Part shown: one piece after another, positions 47,202-55,585 of the stretch
How the letters are laid out: each line of letters begins with the position of its first letter
How positions within the stretch are numbered: the stretch's first letter is position 1
NCBI GenBank assembly: GCA_947628855.1
Contig: CANRBM010000001.1
Location: 575-64,574 of the forward strand
From: an uncultured Clostridia bacterium
Lineage (GTDB): Bacteria > Bacillota > Clostridia > Christensenellales > CAG-917
Direction of reading: 5' to 3'
DNA length: 64,000 bases
The notes under the pieces: generated by a model
Seen by the model: only the letters and a program-made list of their open reading frames with translations
Database searches by the model: none
Told to the model about the DNA's origin: nothing
Made by a program: the position numbers and the translations under genes

Positions 47202-48500
47202 ATGGACAAAGATTTTGAAAAGGATAAAATTTTAAACGCCTCCGCTTCCGAAAACTCTCGCGAAATGGACGCAGTCGAGGTGCAGAATACCTCGGATATC
47301 ATCGTAGTGGGCAACGACAGTTCTTCCACGGGGATAAAGGTGGGAGAATTTGGCGAGATGAGCGATGCGGCGCTCGCAGAGCAAAGCGAACAGCTCGCTC
47401 CCGTCGCGCTGAATATGGACGACATCCTCTCGGACGCGGCAAGTCAGCCCTATGTCGAGGATAAGGACGAGGAGTCCATTGAGGAGATCACAACGAGGAC
47501 GCTCAGCCCCGGTCGTATCGTCGCGAAGCGTTTCTTCCGCTCCAAACTGTCTATCACGGGACTTGTCATACTGATAATCCTGTTCGCGTTCTCCTTCCTA
47601 GGTCCTCTTTTCAAGGACTTGCCCTTCATTTGGGGAGAACAGGAGGCGGATCGCTCGCAGTCGGTCAGATATGAATATACCACTGCGGTAGAAGTTGTCT
47701 CCGATCCAAACAACGACTATGCCGCTTATGATGACAACGGGAACAATATCGTGTACATAGTCACATATTCCACTCCGTCCAACTATCTTCCGCCTTCTAA
47801 GACGCACCTGTTCGGCACGGACGACAAGGGCTTCGACGTGTTCTCGAGGTTGATGTACGGTGGCAGGATATCGCTTACGATAGGTTTCGTCGTCATAATT
47901 TTGGAGACTTTCCTCGGCGTGTTGCTGGGCGGTATATCCGGTTACTTCGGCAAGTGGGTGGATCAGGTCATAATGCGTATTGTCGATATCTTCAACTGCG
48001 TGCCTACCATGCCTATGTTGATGATAGTCGGTGTCGCGCTCGAGGGCCTCAACCTCTACGGCGTCGAAAGGCTGTACATAATGATGGCTATGATGACACT
48101 GTTCGGCTGGGCGGGCACCGCAAGGCTTGTCCGAGGGCAGATACTATCCCTCAGAGAGCAGGACTTCATGCTTAGCGCGGAGGCGAGCGGCTTGACCGTG
48201 AGAAGAAAGATATTCAAACACCTGATACCAAACGTCATTCCGCAGCTCATAGTCTCAATGACGCTGGGCCTCGGCGGCATCATACTGACGGAGGCGACCC
48301 TCGGCTATTTGGGCATAGGACTTCCCACGCAGTACGCGACTTGGGGCAATATGATCAACGCCGCGACAAACAATATGGTGCTTACAAACTATCCCAACCT
48401 GTGGATAACCCCGGGCGTGCTCATAGTCCTCGCGGTGCTCGGTTTTAACTTCGTAGGCGACGGCTTGAGAGACGCTTTCGACCCCAAGGCGAGGAGGTAA
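47202..48500 (+). CDS. Opp/Dpp-type ABC permease (OppC-like) with a ~110-aa acidic N-terminal extension
   Basis: OppC-type motifs (HLFGTDDKGFDVFSRLMYGGRISL; FMLSAEASGL). GGAGG RBS. Confidence 0.85.
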   Translation: MDKDFEKDKILNASASENSREMDAVEVQNTSDIIVVGNDSSSTGIKVGEFGEMSDAALAEQSEQLAPVALNMDDILSDAASQPYVEDKDEESIEEITTRTLSPGRIVAKRFFRSKLSITGLVILIILFAFSFLGPLFKDLPFIWGEQEADRSQSVRYEYTTAVEVVSDPNNDYAAYDDNGNNIVYIVTYSTPSNYLPPSKTHLFGTDDKGFDVFSRLMYGGRISLTIGFVVIILETFLGVLLGGISGYFGKWVDQVIMRIVDIFNCVPTMPMLMIVGVALEGLNLYGVERLYIMMAMMTLFGWAGTARLVRGQILSLREQDFMLSAEASGLTVRRKIFKHLIPNVIPQLIVSMTLGLGGIILTEATLGYLGIGLPTQYATWGNMINAATNNMVLTNYPNLWITPGVLIVLAVLGFNFVGDGLRDAFDPKARR

Positions 48501-48503
48501 ATT

Positions 48504-50054
48504 ATGGCAGAAGAAAAAAACAAGCATTATATTACCGCCAAGGAGTCGCGCGAGATAGCAAAGAACAATGCGCGCACCATAAAGGAGCTGCAAAAAAAGC
48601 GCGCCTCGTATAAGCACGAGGACTACGTCACCGAGATGCGCGATCCCAAAAACATCGTGGAGTTTGACGATCTGCACACCTACTTCTTTACGGACAACGG
48701 CACCGTCAAAGCGGTCAACGGCGTGTCTTTCGACATCCCGCAGGGCTCTACGGTGGGCGTAGTGGGCGAGTCGGGCTGCGGCAAATCCGTGACAAGCCTG
48801 TCCCTTATGCAGCTCGTGCAAGGTCCTATGGGACAGATCGTGGAGGGCAGCATACGTTTCCGCTCCACGGTGCGTACTCCCGTTGGCAAGGAGCCCGTTT
48901 TTGAGGAGATAATAGACAGCGACGGCAACGTCGTCAAGGACGCCGACGGCAATCCCATAATGAGACAGGCACGCCACGGCAAGGGCAAACTCAAATTCAC
49001 GACGGAGAAGATCCCCGCCGAGGAAGAAGTGCTCGACGAAGAGGGAAAGCCCGTGCTTGACGAGGACGGAAATCCCAAAATGCGCCCCATACTCGACAAA
49101 AAGGGCAACCCCACATATAAAAAGATCAAAAAACCCGTGCTCATACCCGCGCTCGATAACGACGGGCATGAGATTTTGAAGGAGGACGGCACTCCCGTCC
49201 TCGAACAGGCGTATCAAAAGGCGGGCAAGCTGAGAGAGCGCACCGTCTTTGACGAGCACGAGGAAGTTTTCGACGTCGCAAAGATGCCTGCAAAGGATAT
49301 GTACAACATCCGCGGCAGGGAGATCGCGATGATCTTCCAGGAGCCTATGACAAGTCTGAATCCCGTCTTTACGATAGGCTATCAGCTTGATGAGGTCACG
49401 CTGCTGCACGTCAACGGCGCGGACAAAGAGGACGCCAAAAAGCGCAGCCTCGAAATGCTCAATCTTGTCGGCATAGCGATGCCCGAGCATGTGTACAAAT
49501 CCTATCCGCACCAACTTTCGGGCGGTATGCGTCAGCGCGTTATGATCGCTATGGCGCTGTGCTGCAACCCAAAACTCATCATCGCGGACGAGCCTACCAC
49601 CGCGCTCGACGTCACCATACAGGCGCAGATACTCGACCTTTTGAGGGACGTCAAGGACAAGATAAGCGGCAGCATTATGCTCATCACGCACGACCTAGGC
49701 GTTATCGCGGAAATGGTGGACTACGTCGTCGTCATGTACGCGGGCAGAGTCGTGGAAAAGGGCACTGTGCGCGAGATATTCAAAACTCCGCTCCACCCCT
49801 ACACGATAGGACTGCAACAGAGCAAGCCCGTCGTCGGCAAGGAAGTGGACAGGCTGTACAGCATACCCGGCAACGTCCCCAACCCAATAAACATGCCGTC
49901 TACTTGTTATTTCAAGGACAGATGCCATATGAAGTGCGCAGCTTGCAACGAGCCCTATCCCGATATGGTGCAGGTGTCGCCTACACACTTTGTGGCTTGC
50001 CACCGCTATAAAGATATTCTCAAGGAGCATGAAAATGAAGAAGCCGATGAATGA
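48504..50054 (+). CDS. Opp-type ABC ATPase (OppD-like) with a ~140-aa insertion
   Basis: Walker A GESGCGKS, signature LSGGMRQR, Walker B LIIADEPT, plus an oligopeptide C-terminal domain. Confidence 0.9.
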   Translation: MAEEKNKHYITAKESREIAKNNARTIKELQKKRASYKHEDYVTEMRDPKNIVEFDDLHTYFFTDNGTVKAVNGVSFDIPQGSTVGVVGESGCGKSVTSLSLMQLVQGPMGQIVEGSIRFRSTVRTPVGKEPVFEEIIDSDGNVVKDADGNPIMRQARHGKGKLKFTTEKIPAEEEVLDEEGKPVLDEDGNPKMRPILDKKGNPTYKKIKKPVLIPALDNDGHEILKEDGTPVLEQAYQKAGKLRERTVFDEHEEVFDVAKMPAKDMYNIRGREIAMIFQEPMTSLNPVFTIGYQLDEVTLLHVNGADKEDAKKRSLEMLNLVGIAMPEHVYKSYPHQLSGGMRQRVMIAMALCCNPKLIIADEPTTALDVTIQAQILDLLRDVKDKISGSIMLITHDLGVIAEMVDYVVVMYAGRVVEKGTVREIFKTPLHPYTIGLQQSKPVVGKEVDRLYSIPGNVPNPINMPSTCYFKDRCHMKCAACNEPYPDMVQVSPTHFVACHRYKDILKEHENEEADE

Positions 50055-51393
50055 GATCAATACCGATGAAAACGCCTTTGGCGTAGTCGATCAGCCCTCT
50101 CAACCTGCTCCGGAGGAGCAAACGCAAGAGGTGAGCGAGGCACAAGTTGCCGCAATTTTGGGCAAGCCCGTTCCCGCAAAGAAAAGGGCGAGGAAAACTA
50201 CCGCTAATACCAAGCCTAAACTTGAAGAGGTAGTACCCGAGGCAAATGCAGAGGAAACGCCTGCGGATGCACCCGCTAATGGACCTTTGACGAATTCAGA
50301 GGCAAAGGGCGGGGATACAGCGAAGAAGGCGGAGATCAAGCTTGAGGAAGTCAAGGACAATGGCGAAGAGCACATGCAGGCGGTACAGCTTGACAGTGCG
50401 CACGAGGACGCTCCCGAGGATGATACGCCACTGCTCAAGGTCGTGAACCTCAAGGAGTGGTTCCCGATAAAGACTTCCATCGACAAGCGCAAAAACGTCT
50501 ATCTTAAAGCGGTGGACGGCGTTTCGTTTGAACTTAGACAGGGCAAGACGATAGGCATAGTCGGCGAGTCGGGCTGCGGCAAGACGACTTTGGGACGTAC
50601 GATCTTGCGACTCTATCAGCCTACGGACGGCGAGATCATCTTCGAGGGCAAGCATATAGAGAAGTTGAAGGGCGAGGCGCTCAGGCGTATGCGTCCGCAT
50701 TTCCAGATGATATTCCAGGATCCGTATGCGTCGCTCTCTCCCAGGCTCACCGTCGGCGAGATAGTCGGAGAGGCGGTCAAGACGCACAAGATAGTGCCTA
50801 AGGAGCAGTACAAGGACTATGTCGTGGATATTATGCTCAAGTGCGGTCTGCAACCCCACTATTTCGAGCGCTATCCTCATGAGTTTTCGGGCGGACAGAG
50901 ACAGCGTATCTGCATCGCCAAGGCGCTCGCGCTCAAACCAAAACTCGTCATCTGCGACGAGCCCGTCAGCGCGCTCGACGTGTCCATTCAAGCGCAGGTC
51001 ATAAACTTGTTCAAGGACTTGCAGGAGTCGGACAACCTCGCGTATATCTTCATATCGCACGACCTCTCCGTCGTCGAGCATATCTCGGACGAGGTCGGCG
51101 TCATGTACCTCGGCAATATGGTGGAGTTCGGCTCCAAAAAAGACCTCTTCTCCAACCCGATGCACCCCTATACGCAAGCGCTCTTCTCGGCGGTCCCCAT
51201 CCCCGACCCCGACACAAAGATAAAGCGTATAATCTTGCAGGGCGACATCCCGTCCCCCGCGCACCCGCCAAAGGGCTGCAAATTCCACACTCGCTGCAGC
51301 AAGTGTATGGACATCTGCTCCGAGGTGGAGCCGAAATTCAAGGATTACGGCGACGGCCACTTTGTAGCTTGCCACCTCTATCCGCAGGATTGA
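50035..51393 (+). CDS. Opp-type ABC ATPase (OppF-like) with a ~150-aa low-complexity N-terminal extension
   Basis: Walker A GESGCGKT, FSGGQRQR, LVICDEPVSALD. AAGGAG lies 7 nt upstream of the ATG at 50035; the track ORF starts at 49990. Confidence 0.85.
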   Translation: MKKPMNEINTDENAFGVVDQPSQPAPEEQTQEVSEAQVAAILGKPVPAKKRARKTTANTKPKLEEVVPEANAEETPADAPANGPLTNSEAKGGDTAKKAEIKLEEVKDNGEEHMQAVQLDSAHEDAPEDDTPLLKVVNLKEWFPIKTSIDKRKNVYLKAVDGVSFELRQGKTIGIVGESGCGKTTLGRTILRLYQPTDGEIIFEGKHIEKLKGEALRRMRPHFQMIFQDPYASLSPRLTVGEIVGEAVKTHKIVPKEQYKDYVVDIMLKCGLQPHYFERYPHEFSGGQRQRICIAKALALKPKLVICDEPVSALDVSIQAQVINLFKDLQESDNLAYIFISHDLSVVEHISDEVGVMYLGNMVEFGSKKDLFSNPMHPYTQALFSAVPIPDPDTKIKRIILQGDIPSPAHPPKGCKFHTRCSKCMDICSEVEPKFKDYGDGHFVACHLYPQD

Positions 51394-51407
51394 ACTTGAA
51401 AACGCAC

Positions 51408-51438
51408 AAAAAAATGTCCGAATTTTCGGACATTTTTT
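51408..51438. terminator. bidirectional intrinsic terminator after the opp operon
   Basis: aaaaaatgtccgaa-ttt-tcggacatttttt. Confidence 0.75.
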
Positions 51439-51474
51439 GTTGCTCACCATTGGAATCGATAGTTGATTTGCGAA

Positions 51475-51509
51475 TAAAAAAGTCGAGAGTTTTGCACTCA
51501 ACTTTTTTG
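51475..51509 (-). terminator. intrinsic terminator of the HAD/TIR-like unit
   Basis: On the minus strand: agttgag-tgcaaaa-ctcgact followed by T6, 11 nt after the stop at 51520. Confidence 0.6.
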
Positions 51510-51519
51510 TATGTAAACT

Positions 51520-53043
51520 TTATAACTTTATGGAACGTGAAAGTTTGATTTTTTCACGCAATGCGTCAATACTTTCTTTCATAGCATAAAGCCTTCCAAG
51601 CTCAGATGAATCGTAATAATTGCGCAATTCGTCGCTGAGATCGTTTGTCGCGGCGATCAGCTGTTGTTTGGAATATTGACTATAGTCGTGGAGCCGCGAG
51701 CAAAGATCCAACTCATGTTTTTTAACAAGAAAATATTCAAACGAAAGTGCATTTGTAAAGACGCCACGGAATGCGTTGACTCTACACCATTCGCGTCTTG
51801 TTACGATTGATTGCATAGAATATTTGTGTATCAATGCTAGGTAATCTGTTTCGTCGGTGGCGAGATACAGCGTTTCATAGGCCCTTGTCAAATCATATTC
51901 TGCATATCCGCGCCACAGATTTTCCGACGTTCCGCCATTGCTAGCGGCAGTTTCAAGCATTTTGTCATAAAAAGCAATCGCTTTGTTTACTGTTTTGACC
52001 GCCTCATCGTCGAATTTGTTGCGAAAATTCACCATTTTCATATAGGCAAGTCCCGCATATTCGTATGCCATAATGCGTATAAGCCAATTGACTTTCAACA
52101 AGCCGCTCTCGATCTTGCCAATAAAAGCCTCCAGTTTTTCCGCGATGATTAAAAATTCATACTCATATTCTTGTGCCGCTTTCGGGTCAGCCGACGGATC
52201 ATTCATGCAGCGAATGACTTCTTTACGCAGTTTCAATTCGGAATATGTGATGAGCGTATTAACAAAATTGCACACTTGCGTCAAGAAATCGTTGCTTGCA
52301 TAGGCAAAGTCGTCCTCGGAAAATTTGACATGTTGTTTCAAAGCGTTTAAAAACAAGAAAAATTGTCCGTTGTTGTTGAAATCCGGGAAGAATTTAAGGC
52401 GTTCGAGGATATACATAAGACGTTCGGAGGCAAACGTGAAGGAGCGCGCGCCTTCTTCCCAGCTTGTGAGTATGCTGGCAAGTTGAATATCCGCTTTTTT
52501 TTCATAGGTTTCTTCGGGAATGTCGGAAAGCAGATTTTCATAGTCGAAAATATACTTGTCGTTTGAAAGTATCTCTTTATAAGTTTTGAGTTTGAGCAAG
52601 TTGACGATCTCTTGTACAACATCATCAATCACTTGTTCGATATTTTCCTTGTCAAATTGATTGGCGTTTATCCATCCTTTCAAGTCGGATGGGAAGTCGT
52701 CGGGCAAAGGATATTTTTCGGTCAAAAAGATGCATTTGTCGGTATTGTCCACCGCCATCAGCGCCATGCCGATCTCGACAAGGACGTTTTGTCTTACGCG
52801 CGTTTGTCCCACATCGTCAAACGTAAGTATGATGATGCTTATGTCTGAAGATGAAATGGCATCCTTAATTTGAGAAAAGATCGAAGCGCTGCTGAGCACA
52901 CGTTTTGCCACTATTGCGGAAACGATAGGATAGAAATTTTCGGAATGCAAAGCATTGATTCTTTCATTGAGTTTTGTCGCGACATTGCGTCCGGAGCCGC
53001 CATAAATGATTGAAATTTTTTTGTAACGTCCGATCATAGTCAC
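51520..53043 (-). CDS. TIR-like (PF10137/Cap12-PycTIR-type) domain protein fused to an uncharacterised helical-repeat C-terminal domain (507 aa)
   Basis: Residues ~8-130: KKISIIYGGSG, IIILTFDD, RVRQNVLVEIG, FPSDLKGW. The rest is helix-rich with TPR-like stretches. A GTG at 53043 overlaps the upstream stop; the first ATG is at 53037. Confidence 0.75.
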   Translation of the reverse strand: MTMIGRYKKISIIYGGSGRNVATKLNERINALHSENFYPIVSAIVAKRVLSSASIFSQIKDAISSSDISIIILTFDDVGQTRVRQNVLVEIGMALMAVDNTDKCIFLTEKYPLPDDFPSDLKGWINANQFDKENIEQVIDDVVQEIVNLLKLKTYKEILSNDKYIFDYENLLSDIPEETYEKKADIQLASILTSWEEGARSFTFASERLMYILERLKFFPDFNNNGQFFLFLNALKQHVKFSEDDFAYASNDFLTQVCNFVNTLITYSELKLRKEVIRCMNDPSADPKAAQEYEYEFLIIAEKLEAFIGKIESGLLKVNWLIRIMAYEYAGLAYMKMVNFRNKFDDEAVKTVNKAIAFYDKMLETAASNGGTSENLWRGYAEYDLTRAYETLYLATDETDYLALIHKYSMQSIVTRREWCRVNAFRGVFTNALSFEYFLVKKHELDLCSRLHDYSQYSKQQLIAATNDLSDELRNYYDSSELGRLYAMKESIDALREKIKLSRSIKL

Positions 53044-53720
53044 ACCATCCGTAAAATTTGATCCAATCCCTCGCGGATCGTATCAAAGTGATAAGTTGTG
53101 TATTTAGGGGCAAGTTTTCCCACTCCTATCGAATATTTGCAAAATTTTATCATCGGCAGATCGTTGACCCCATCGCCTACTGCGACGCAATCTGCCGGGA
53201 GTATTCCATAATGTTTGCAGACCGCCTCCAAACTGACAAATTTGTCTATGCTTTTTGGCACAATGTCAAAGGAGTCGACATGTTCGTATACGGTGACGGC
53301 AGAGGGCGGAGAAGAGAAATATTGCCGCAACAAGAGCCGCGTCTCCTCGTCCTTAAAAAAGAATGTGAGCATAACCTCGTTTGGTTGTAACCAAAACCGA
53401 CCCGCACATTTTGACGTGATATCCGCCAGTATGTCCGCGCGCTGTTTGGCGTAAGCAGGTGGGATGGGCAGAAAGATTGTATCGGGAGGAAGCGTCGACC
53501 CTATGGCAATACTGCATCCGTTTTCGCCAATAAAAATGGGATTTTTCAGGCCTACCTGTCGAAACATTCCAATTTGATAATATATGCTTTTGCCGGATGA
53601 AATGACGATTTTGACTCCTTTTTCCTCTATTTCTTTAAGCAAAACGACATCCTCATCCTTGATAGGACGCCCCACCTCTGCAAGTGTGCCATCGATATCA
53701 AACGCTGCCATTTTTATCAT
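53040..53720 (-). CDS. Cof-type HAD-IIB family hydrolase/phosphatase
   Basis: Motif I FDIDGTL, motif II ISSGK, motif IV GDGVNDLPM. AGAGGA lies 5 nt upstream of the ATG at 53720; the track ORF starts at a TTG at 53738. Confidence 0.8.
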   Translation of the reverse strand: MIKMAAFDIDGTLAEVGRPIKDEDVVLLKEIEEKGVKIVISSGKSIYYQIGMFRQVGLKNPIFIGENGCSIAIGSTLPPDTIFLPIPPAYAKQRADILADITSKCAGRFWLQPNEVMLTFFFKDEETRLLLRQYFSSPPSAVTVYEHVDSFDIVPKSIDKFVSLEAVCKHYGILPADCVAVGDGVNDLPMIKFCKYSIGVGKLAPKYTTYHFDTIREGLDQILRMV

Positions 53721-53865
53721 AACGATCCTCTTCCACAAAAGTAACTTGTACAGTCAAACCGGATTTATATTTTTATGATATCACAATATCTTAAAATAAT
53801 CAAAGATATTCGGCGAATTTGCAAGTTTTAGTATGAAATGTAGTGAAATCGATTTTTATCTCACA

Positions 53866-54228
53866 AAACCGATACGCAATTTTATGGCTGTCCCAAATCA
53901 TTATCAAAAAAATCACTCCGTAATTGTTTTGGGGACCCCGATCAAATACCCCATAAAATCGCTACGCAATTTTGCGGGGACCCCGATTATTTACCCCATA
54001 AAATCGCTACGCAATTTTATGGGGACCCCGATGTCGCTCGGACAAAGGTAACGTTAATCACTCAGACAAAGCGTTCGTCAATTTCAAGCTCTCACGCAGG
54101 AGTTAGTACCATACACACAATCCAAAAAGCGCTAATGTGGGCGATGAAAGAGCCACATTCGCGCTTTTTAGCTTGGAGTGCAGGGGACGAAGTCCCTTGC
54201 CGAGGTGTGGAGCAGCGCTCCACATATA
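53866..54228. repeat. intergenic modular hairpin repeat cluster (copy 5)
   Basis: Two ccccataaaatcgctacgcaatttt(a/g)(t/c)gggg-accccg hairpins with 45-bp period. A linker follows, then element A in minus orientation, ending about 20 nt from the spoVFB stop. Confidence 0.85.
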
Positions 54229-54245
54229 TCGGGCGAGCCTCATAC

Positions 54246-54815
54246 TCACCTGAGCAGCAGAGGTTGGAGTTGTTTGCCGTCGAGGGCGCATGCTAGGGTG
54301 GGCAGGGTGAGGGAGAAGTCGCAGACGAGGGAGTTTGGCTTTTTGGAGGGCGAATCCTGTCCGAAGGGCACGAAGTAGATGTTTTTTGTGTTGAGAAGTC
54401 TGCCTATATTGCGGGCGTTCGCGGCGAGGGAGTCGTTTGAGGCTATCGCGAGCACGACGGGGCGGTTGTTGCGAAGGTGCGCTTTGATCGCCATTGTTAC
54501 GGGCGTATCGGTGATGCCGTGCGCTATTTTGGCGAGGGTGTTGCCAGTACAGGGCGCGACGAGCATGATGTCGAGAGGGCGCGAGGTGCCCAAAGGTTCG
54601 GCTTCGACTATTGTCTTTATGGGCGTTTTGCCCGTCTTTTCTATTATTTTTGCTTCAAAATCCGCCTGTTTGAAAAAGCGGGTGTCGAGCGTTGCGACGT
54701 TAAAGCTGAATATGGGTGTGACGTCATAGTCGCTCTCGCGTATGCCGTCGAGGATATTAAGTAGGTTGGCGTGCGTGCAGAAGGAGCCCGTCACGCAAAG
54801 TCCGAGTTTTATCAT
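54246..54815 (-). CDS. spoVFB: dipicolinate synthase subunit B
   Basis: Flavoprotein-family sequence (IKLGLCVTGSFCT...VAPCTGNTLAKIA). 4-nt overlap with spoVFA. Confidence 0.9.
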   Translation of the reverse strand: MIKLGLCVTGSFCTHANLLNILDGIRESDYDVTPIFSFNVATLDTRFFKQADFEAKIIEKTGKTPIKTIVEAEPLGTSRPLDIMLVAPCTGNTLAKIAHGITDTPVTMAIKAHLRNNRPVVLAIASNDSLAANARNIGRLLNTKNIYFVPFGQDSPSKKPNSLVCDFSLTLPTLACALDGKQLQPLLLR

Positions 54816-55528
54816 TTTGTCACCTCCGATATGTAGTCACGCATGGCGCGCGCGGCGCCGAGAGGACACACTTTTGCGGGCAGGGCGGGATAGATGTCAG
54901 CGTCCAGCCCAAGATATTTGGCGTATTCTAGGTTGACGGCGGGCGAAGAGGCAAGGTCGATGTAGACTACGGTCTCGCGCATAGTGAGCAGTTCGGAGTC
55001 CTTGACGATGGGATAGGGCACGGTGTTTATTATCACGTCATACGGCGCAAAATCAAAACCTTCGAGCGGCACGACGCGCTCCGCGAATGCGTAGGCGGGA
55101 CGGGAAGATCCGTTGGTGGCGACATCGAGGGAAATTCCCAGCTTGTTCATGAGCCGCGCTACAGCCGCGCCCATGCGCCCGAAACCCATGACGAGCACGC
55201 GCGCATCGGAGATGGATATGAGCGAGTGCTCGAGCATGAGCATTAGCGCGCCCTCCGCCGTGAGTCGCGAATTGACCGCCAGAAACTTTTCGTCGCGCAT
55301 TATCTCATATACGTCTATGCCGCGTCCCGAGGCGGAATTTCTCACGACGTCCGAGCATTTTCCGCAAATTACGCACCCGCCGTCCGCAACTTCGGACAGC
55401 TTTTCTTCGTCGAGCGCTACGTTTGGCGCAAACACATGTGTGTCACGTCCGTAGCTTTCGCCAGAGAGCAGCTTCTGCAAAAAATACATCCTTTCATCCG
55501 TCCGATGGACCGTCAAATTGTTTTTCAT
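54812..55528 (-). CDS. spoVFA: dipicolinate synthase subunit A
   Basis: Rossmann motif VLVMGFGRMGAAVA and the NSRLTAEGALMLMLEH block align by eye to B. subtilis DpaA. The first 50 codons of the track ORF (start 55678) are translated repeat, so I prefer the ATG at 55528. Confidence 0.85.
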   Translation of the reverse strand: MKNNLTVHRTDERMYFLQKLLSGESYGRDTHVFAPNVALDEEKLSEVADGGCVICGKCSDVVRNSASGRGIDVYEIMRDEKFLAVNSRLTAEGALMLMLEHSLISISDARVLVMGFGRMGAAVARLMNKLGISLDVATNGSSRPAYAFAERVVPLEGFDFAPYDVIINTVPYPIVKDSELLTMRETVVYIDLASSPAVNLEYAKYLGLDADIYPALPAKVCPLGAARAMRDYISEVTK

Positions 55529-55585
55529 ACTGTATCGTATGCGCTTTGCTTTTGACTTGGTGCGTGGCTTTTTTTGGTATTGTTC

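Noticed and set aside
53949-54024. CRISPR-like appearance: 31-nt palindromic repeats (ccccataaaatcgctacgcaatttt..gggg) with a 45-bp period, mirrored at 55830-55905
   Set aside because: There are only two units per locus. The 'spacers' (accccgattatttac) are themselves conserved between loci. The repeats belong to the wider modular family, and no cas genes are present.
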